A DNA stretch of 64,000 nt from a virus (taxonomy: Duplodnaviria > Caudoviricetes), in the IMG/VR virus record IMGVR_UViG_2636416106_000010, positions 64,762-128,761 of that record; one strand, given 5' to 3'. The position numbers and the translations under genes are program-made. The notes beneath the pieces were generated by a model. The model was not told where the DNA came from and searched no databases. It saw only the letters and a list, made by a program, of their open reading frames with translations. Below are positions 57,959 through 64,000 of the stretch, piece after piece; positions within the stretch are counted from its first letter, which is position 1, and each line of letters opens with the position of its first letter.

Positions 57959-60064
57959 TTAGATGACCTCCTTGTTGGTAAGTACAATTGTGCATTCGCA
58001 GTTGGTATGATGAGGTGGTATTTGTGTTCTCCAACCATCAGTTAAGAGGATTTCAGAAGAAGCGGATAAGCATGTCTTACAACAATTAGGTTTATGCTTA
58101 ACATAAACCCTGTCTTTTTTGGCTCTCTCCGCTGCTAGTGCAACTCCATAGTTATAAACTTCATAGGCGATTCGTTTCGCGATAAATCCAATACGATAAC
58201 GATTAGCTATAAATGCATGGCTAACATGAGCAACTGGTGTTTCCTTTTCATAACAGGCTGATACAGAACTTGTAATATCCTGTGTTAACTTCTTAAATGA
58301 TTGGCTATGTTTCTCTACCGCGATTTCTGTATCGCCCGGCTGTAATTTCGTTAACTGATTCCCCATTTGGTTTAATCCATCTTGGAATCCATATAGGAAT
58401 GAACGCTCTACAAATGGACGAGTCTTTTCATAGAATAGTTGAGTAACAAGACCAGTAGTAAATGCAGTTATGGTTTCAGTGTCCTGTTGATTAGAAACTC
58501 TATCTTGGACATCCTCCATTGCATCAGACCAGTATTTCTCCATCTTTTCAGTGAATGAACCAACTTGTAATGACTCAGACAAATTAACCAGTTGAGTAGC
58601 CTCGGTCAATTTTGTGTTTTCTGAAACTGAAACACTCTTATTTTTCGTCTCAGATGTTTTAGGCTTACCTGGGCTTGTCTGCTTACCATGTTGATTCTCT
58701 GGCTGATCTTTGTTGTTACCCTGATTAGCGGCACCTTCACTATCTGCAGATGTGCTTGTTGCTGCGCTAAACATATTTCCATATAGACGAGATTCATCTA
58801 CTGTTATGTCTTTACCAAGTAACTGACGCATTTCTTCAAACGTAATTGTGTTTTGCATAAACAATTGAACAACATGATTTTCGCGTTTGATTTTTGCATC
58901 GAATTCAATCTCGTGGAATATAAAGTCCACTTCATCATCTGGATTTAAAATAGGATCAAATCCACCTTCAAAAAGAAGCTCATTAATGATTGCGAACTTA
59001 GCAATATCGGCGAATGTTTTTTGGAAGTCTTTCACGGAGTCATTTAAATCTGAGGATTGATTATCAGATGTGGATTTATTAGCGGTATCCGAAATACCCA
59101 TGATTGTGTCACTTACTCCTAATCCGGAGAATACACGTTGACGGAAATACTTTAAGTATCCATTTGCATCGATAGCTTGTCCTTGTGAACCAACTACTTC
59201 AATGTTGTGACGCTCTGGAACAACTAAGGCTCCATCTACAGGAATGTTACGGATTTCTTCTCGAAGTGTTTCTATTTCTTCATCTGTGGCTTCAAAGCCC
59301 GGTTTATCAATACCGACTTTGTATAAATATAGAGGGAATAGGTTGCGGTAAATTAATCTTGCTACGTTCTCTTCGATTTGGCGAAGGAGCTTAACATCAT
59401 CTAAAGCATTAAAGATGAATGGTATACCGTAAGCACGACCACTTGGTTTGCGATAGGTGAAGTGGACCATATCTTCTGGTTTGTATTGAACACCTTCTCC
59501 ACCACCACTACCTGCAGTCTCCTCATAAGCTAGAATCTTACCATTATCATCACGACTTACTGTGATGTTTGGAGCAGCTAAGGGGAAGTAACCTGCAATT
59601 GGTTGTTTACCTGTGTATCCTATAGCTGTAACACCAGTTGGTAACCCACCCGTCTTTGCACGAGCTTTTACAACGTAGGCATTACCATAAAGGATTAGGT
59701 TGTCAGAAATCTCTTGTAGGAATGAATCTATACTTTGACCTGTTGCTTCTGACATTAGTTTTAATCGGGTCCATACATACTCAACTGCTTGATCGTTCTT
59801 CCCCGAAATCTCCCAACCATTTTTAAACATTAAGGCTGCATGTTTATCGACAGCTCTGCGAATATAACTGTCCGTATAATAAGCACGTCCAATTTCCGCT
59901 AAATCAACTGGCGAATTCTCGAAGTCTCCTCCCCCACCCGCAGTTTTGACGGCTTGCCCTAAACGTTTAACTGCAATTTTCTTTGGGTCACGTTTAGTTG
60001 CGGAAGGTGCTTCATTAATAGTTCTTAATCGAACTCCTTTACGAATTCGTTCTATCATATTCAA
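57959..60064 (-). CDS. Portal protein with a C-terminal MuF-like domain
   Basis: 701 aa. Portal motifs YIRRAVDK, LILYGNAY, DMVHF, AYGIP and FEEMRQLLG. C-terminal CCKTC...IPPHHTNCECTI. Confidence 0.85.
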   Translation of the reverse strand: MNMIERIRKGVRLRTINEAPSATKRDPKKIAVKRLGQAVKTAGGGGDFENSPVDLAEIGRAYYTDSYIRRAVDKHAALMFKNGWEISGKNDQAVEYVWTRLKLMSEATGQSIDSFLQEISDNLILYGNAYVVKARAKTGGLPTGVTAIGYTGKQPIAGYFPLAAPNITVSRDDNGKILAYEETAGSGGGEGVQYKPEDMVHFTYRKPSGRAYGIPFIFNALDDVKLLRQIEENVARLIYRNLFPLYLYKVGIDKPGFEATDEEIETLREEIRNIPVDGALVVPERHNIEVVGSQGQAIDANGYLKYFRQRVFSGLGVSDTIMGISDTANKSTSDNQSSDLNDSVKDFQKTFADIAKFAIINELLFEGGFDPILNPDDEVDFIFHEIEFDAKIKRENHVVQLFMQNTITFEEMRQLLGKDITVDESRLYGNMFSAATSTSADSEGAANQGNNKDQPENQHGKQTSPGKPKTSETKNKSVSVSENTKLTEATQLVNLSESLQVGSFTEKMEKYWSDAMEDVQDRVSNQQDTETITAFTTGLVTQLFYEKTRPFVERSFLYGFQDGLNQMGNQLTKLQPGDTEIAVEKHSQSFKKLTQDITSSVSACYEKETPVAHVSHAFIANRYRIGFIAKRIAYEVYNYGVALAAERAKKDRVYVKHKPNCCKTCLSASSEILLTDGWRTQIPPHHTNCECTIVLTNKEVI

Positions 60065-60079
60065 TTTAGTACACCTCTC

Positions 60080-61435
60080 TTATAGATACTCTAATACCAA
60101 AGAATAACCGGCTCTTGCATTTTCCTTGTTTAACGTTTTATCGATTTTCTCTTTTCTCACTTCGTATTCAGACATATACATTGCATACACATCTTGCAGG
60201 AATGAATCATACTGTCCTTGTACAAGACTTAATCCTCCAGCCATTTGGTTTAGGAATGATTCCACCCCAGGTGCTTTACTTGGAGATTCTAAGTGTTGCA
60301 ATGAGTCATACATGTTTAGATACATCTTGTTTCGAAGTTCGAACGCCATAAGTAATTCATCATGTGAGCGCTTTTTACGAGAAAGATTGTTGATGTTCTT
60401 CAATACATCTCGATATTGTTTTTTATCTTCAATTTGTTGGTTAAGTTGTAGCTTCAAGGATAACTGCGTTAATTTGAGTAAATCGGTAAGTTGTTCTTTA
60501 GTAGAAGCTTGATTTTCTAATAAATTCATAACCCCTTCACTATCAATCTCGCTACCTAAAACTAATCCGGATTTAATAGAGTCGGAACAATCTTCCGAGG
60601 CTATAAGAAGACCATCTACAAGAGAACTCATTTCATTAAGTGTTTTTTCCTCACGAATCGCAATATCATAAGGGCGTTTTGCTTTTAAATATTCATCACT
60701 TGCTTTAAAGAATTCAGGAGAACCATACTCTGTTCTAAGGGATTCATAATATGTACCTTCATTGTTTTTATACAGTTTTGTTACTTGTCCAAACCATTCT
60801 TTTTGTTTCTTAACCGCTTCTTCGATTTGTTCAGTGAAGTCCTTATTTCTTTCTGGTTCAGCAGGAATGTCGCCATCAAGGTAATTCTTTAAAACTGTTT
60901 CTTTAAATAAGAAGTATCCCTCTTCTACTGTTAATTGCAATTCCTTTAGGTCTTCATAAAATTCAAGATCTAAATTACCTTCTACATCTTCTGCATATGA
61001 ATGAACAATGTCTTGGATAAGTGAATTTGCAGGAGCTTCTGGATCTTCAAATGTTTTCTTGTATATATCAAAATCAATAAAACCATTGTTAGCTATGCTT
61101 GGATCGAATGATGGTTGTGATTCGTAGATTTTTTCTAATTCCACCTGAGAAATAGGAATCTTTAGGTCTTTTATCTTCTTCTCAACAGAATCAATAAGTA
61201 CCTTAATCTGATCTAATGTATCGACAAACTTATCGTATTGTTTAGCAGGTTTTTCTTCGGGAACAAAAGAACCATCTTCTTCAAGTTCTTCCGGGTCTTC
61301 TCCTATAACTTCTTCTGTTTGCAAATGTACAGTGAACGGTTTATTCGGTTCGTACTTTACTCTTGGTCTGTACTCTATAACGGAACGTTCTAATTCGGTA
61401 TCTATTTCAACTTTCTTTCCTAAAACTTCATCCAT
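60080..61435 (-). CDS. Hypothetical acidic helical/coiled-coil protein
   Basis: 451 aa with AAGGAGG RBS. No recognisable motif. Confidence 0.75.
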   Translation of the reverse strand: MDEVLGKKVEIDTELERSVIEYRPRVKYEPNKPFTVHLQTEEVIGEDPEELEEDGSFVPEEKPAKQYDKFVDTLDQIKVLIDSVEKKIKDLKIPISQVELEKIYESQPSFDPSIANNGFIDFDIYKKTFEDPEAPANSLIQDIVHSYAEDVEGNLDLEFYEDLKELQLTVEEGYFLFKETVLKNYLDGDIPAEPERNKDFTEQIEEAVKKQKEWFGQVTKLYKNNEGTYYESLRTEYGSPEFFKASDEYLKAKRPYDIAIREEKTLNEMSSLVDGLLIASEDCSDSIKSGLVLGSEIDSEGVMNLLENQASTKEQLTDLLKLTQLSLKLQLNQQIEDKKQYRDVLKNINNLSRKKRSHDELLMAFELRNKMYLNMYDSLQHLESPSKAPGVESFLNQMAGGLSLVQGQYDSFLQDVYAMYMSEYEVRKEKIDKTLNKENARAGYSLVLEYL

Positions 61436-61455
61436 GTTGTTATCCTCCTTTTATT

Positions 61456-61493
61456 AAAAAAGACGACAGGCCCATTGCGGATACCTGTCGCCC
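61456..61493 (-). terminator. Intrinsic terminator after terL
   Basis: Minus strand GGGCGACAGGT...GCCTGTCGTC-TTTTTT. Confidence 0.8.
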
Positions 61494-61497
61494 TTTA

Positions 61498-64000
61498 TTA
61501 CCACCCTCCGCGGGAAGGCATATTCATGTTAGTGCCACGTCTACCCCAACCAAAACCTTGGGCAGCTCTTTGTCTTACTTTTGTTGTTTTTGATTTCTGT
61601 CTTAACTCTGAATCACTAGAATTAGCTGCACTTTCTTGTTGTTTAAACGGATCAGTAAATGTTTTCTTCACCTTCGCTATTGTCTTAGCATTTGGCTTAT
61701 TGATAACAGTTGCAGCTAATTCGGGTTTTTCATTGATGAACCCTAGTAAGCTAAACATCAATCCATCTAAAGCATGTTCGTCTACGTCTGTGAAAGTAGG
61801 CTCACCTGTTTTTGGACTATAGCGAGTTACTTGGTAGTTTGTCATTTGTCGTGCTAGTGTTTCGTCTTTTTCACGATGAGGGATTCGGAGTTGTCCACGC
61901 TCTAACATTAATTTCGTTTGGTCAACGATAAATGCTTTTAACGGTTTCTTCTCAAACTCTCTACTGTGTGGATCTCTTACCATTTGAGAACTACCTAAGT
62001 GAACACGTTTAACTTTGTCGCCTAGTGTTTTACGTAGAAGCTCAATTTGGTATTCCCCAGCCCCGGCATCTGCATAGATACCAAACGGATTGTAAACTCC
62101 ATCTAGTTCAATAATTTTCTTAACTGCAATATCGTATGTAAATTCCCCTTTAGGGATTTCAATACGGTTAATGATTTGGAATCGTCCGAATGATGGTTCT
62201 GTTTCTCCAAGTTCTGGTCTTGGACGACGAACCTCAAAAGGATTGTATTGGGTAACAACAATTTGTGTAGCTGCCCCTGCTTTATCCCAGTCAATACCTA
62301 TTGCAATAGGACCATCATGAGTTGGTGATGTAGTGTAGTTGTAACCAATGCTTGAAGCTTCGTCAACGTAATCCTTGTTGAACACCCCAACCATCTCTGT
62401 ACCAAACTCTGCAAGTACCTCATGCTCATAAGCTGCTTCTGAGAATAGTTTGCGTAACTCACGTTCCATCTTAGGTCCCCACTCAGGGTTAACCATTGTC
62501 GGGAAGTAGAATTCCGCCCAACCTTCAGATAAGGTACGGTTATATGACCTCATATCATAAACGTTATTTTTATTCATTTTCACATCTTGATTAAGCTTCA
62601 TTTGAGTGCATGTTTTATAGAACATCCCTCTTCGACCTGTTGGGGTTGATGCAATCATACATCCAATTCGGTCAGGTGCTTCATTGACGATGGCAAAGAT
62701 AGATTCAAAATCTTTATCGCCCATGTAGTCAACCTCATCCATGTACAACCAATCTGCACGTTGTCCACGAAGAGATCCACCCTCTGAACCGGAACGTGTA
62801 CCAGCAGTGAACAGACGGATAACTGAACCATTTTTAAACTCAATTACGTAAGGGTTTTTAGTAATAGATTTGATGGACTCTTGTAAAACGGGGTTATTAT
62901 CAATGAAGGTTTTTAATTGGTCGAAGATTAATCGGGCTTGGTTATCATAAGGGGTCGCGACAACGCAAGCTGCTCCTTTTGCCATTCTTGTTCCACCGTT
63001 ACATGTAAATGCCACCCACAACATATGAGCACACATTGTCCATGTGTTATGTACAAGGATATCTTCAACTACTAAGTTATGAGTCTCTGGAACGAAAACA
63101 TCATAAGTTTGTCTCTTACCAAGAGGAATGATCTCTACTACTTCCTCCCACAATACATGAGAGTTAATTAAGTCATGTAGCATTGCAGATTGTAAGTTCT
63201 CTGCATATACACGAGCATTACTTAAAGAGATACCTTTCTCTGTACGATAGCGGCGGTTACCCTTTCCAACTACCTCAGCTTTCTTGATTCCTTTAGCAAT
63301 TCGTTCTTCTTCAATGTATTTCCATACTTCTTTAGGGAGTGTTGGTTCAGAAGAGTTCATTTCAAGTGCGCGTTGTTGAATTTCTTCATAATTGCGCTCT
63401 GGTGTAGCTAAATGTTCGAGGAATAATAAGATTGAGGAACGGTGATAAATCATAAGGTGGTAATAAACAGAGTCGTTCATTTCCTTTTGAAGTAAATTCG
63501 CTTGGATACCAAAACGTAGAAGTAAGTGTTTTAAGTCTAATGCGAACTGACGATGTTTCGTAGCGTATCCGATTTCACAGATACGGCCAGCAAAGAACCA
63601 ACCACCTGCAGAATACAGACTTCCTAAGAAGAATGCTAAGTGTTCTCTATCTAACTCGTAGATAAATGAAGGGATTTTTTTCTCTTCTATTTCTCTATAA
63701 AACTCGAAGCTACTGAAGTTCATTAAATAGATTGTAGCCTTCTTATGACGCTCACGATATGTTCTAATACCAAGTGCCTCACAAGACGCCTGTAACGTCT
63801 CTCTAACGCCTTCATAGCGCGCCTGGAAGCTAATACTATCCTTGTTAAAACGGCCCGCAGCGAGCATGTACGCAAGGATACGGAGCTTGTTTTTATCGAC
63901 TTGTTTTGTTCCGTATACAGGTAAGAATTTAGGTGTAGCGATACTTTCACCGATGCGAAGTGCATCAACTTCTTTCCACCCATCTACTGTTAATACTGGA
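61498..64000 (-). CDS. terL: Terminase large subunit with an intein (5' end outside the window)
   Basis: The frame is open to the window edge. ATPYDNQA, LRGQRAD, Walker B LYMDEVD, ASTPTG, and nuclease IGIDWD...DEHALDG. Confidence 0.92.
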   Translation of the reverse strand, partial: PVLTVDGWKEVDALRIGESIATPKFLPVYGTKQVDKNKLRILAYMLAAGRFNKDSISFQARYEGVRETLQASCEALGIRTYRERHKKATIYLMNFSSFEFYREIEEKKIPSFIYELDREHLAFFLGSLYSAGGWFFAGRICEIGYATKHRQFALDLKHLLLRFGIQANLLQKEMNDSVYYHLMIYHRSSILLFLEHLATPERNYEEIQQRALEMNSSEPTLPKEVWKYIEEERIAKGIKKAEVVGKGNRRYRTEKGISLSNARVYAENLQSAMLHDLINSHVLWEEVVEIIPLGKRQTYDVFVPETHNLVVEDILVHNTWTMCAHMLWVAFTCNGGTRMAKGAACVVATPYDNQARLIFDQLKTFIDNNPVLQESIKSITKNPYVIEFKNGSVIRLFTAGTRSGSEGGSLRGQRADWLYMDEVDYMGDKDFESIFAIVNEAPDRIGCMIASTPTGRRGMFYKTCTQMKLNQDVKMNKNNVYDMRSYNRTLSEGWAEFYFPTMVNPEWGPKMERELRKLFSEAAYEHEVLAEFGTEMVGVFNKDYVDEASSIGYNYTTSPTHDGPIAIGIDWDKAGAATQIVVTQYNPFEVRRPRPELGETEPSFGRFQIINRIEIPKGEFTYDIAVKKIIELDGVYNPFGIYADAGAGEYQIELLRKTLGDKVKRVHLGSSQMVRDPHSREFEKKPLKAFIVDQTKLMLERGQLRIPHREKDETLARQMTNYQVTRYSPKTGEPTFTDVDEHALDGLMFSLLGFINEKPELAATVINKPNAKTIAKVKKTFTDPFKQQESAANSSDSELRQKSKTTKVRQRAAQGFGWGRRGTNMNMPSRGGW
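63046..64000 (-). mobile_element. Intein with a degenerate LAGLIDADG endonuclease (N-terminus outside the window)
   Basis: PVLTVDGWKEVDALRIG (after block B), block F/G TYDVFVPETHNLVVEDILVHN followed by Thr+1. LAGLIDADG-like helices ILAYMLAAG and FLGSLYSAGG. Confidence 0.9.

Noticed and set aside
3686-61822. All plus-strand ORFs in the track (e.g. 12983..13372, 20537..20866, 23368..23925, 60126..60512, 61475..61822)
   Set aside because: They are antisense shadows of long minus-strand genes, with no recognisable motifs.
3667-63983. Short alternative-frame minus-strand ORFs nested in large genes (e.g. 3667..3861, 11765..12025, 43611..44000, 63723..63983)
   Set aside because: They lie within better-supported frames and show no protein-like features. 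3667..3861 overlaps the true continuation of the frameshifted gene.
1-64000. tRNA, rRNA, IS elements, integrase, holin
   Set aside because: None recognised. Intergenic gaps are short and are explained by terminators and RBSs.

Overview
This window is the head-to-baseplate morphogenesis region of a large, low-GC myovirus or phage-plasmid, most likely of a Bacillus-like host (inferred from Firmicutes-type RBSs, low GC and LysM/M23/amidase domains). Every credible gene is on the minus strand. In transcription order: intein-containing terminase large subunit, unknown protein, portal with a MuF-like C-terminus, prohead protease/scaffold, capsid-associated protein, major capsid protein, neck proteins, two sheath paralogs, three tube paralogs, two tail-chaperone paralogs, three giant (2.1-2.5 kaa) proteins, two paralogous multi-domain peptidoglycan hydrolases, then baseplate and fibre genes. 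The main finding is the giant ORF at 31627-37698, probably continuing to 30428 across a frameshift. It lies in the tape-measure locus yet carries beta-like and beta'-like two-barrel RNA polymerase motifs (GxK-x5-GxR, RYP, GDFDGD) on one chain plus an N-terminal DEDDh 3'-5' exonuclease, suggesting a virion-delivered single-chain polymerase. Proteins with staphylococcal-nuclease-like domains flank it. A recurring intergenic motif, TAGCRAAA-N9-ARTGGTTA, follows terminators and may be a phage promoter. Two structural genes are split by single-base frameshifts. All domain calls come from motif recognition by eye; no searches were run.
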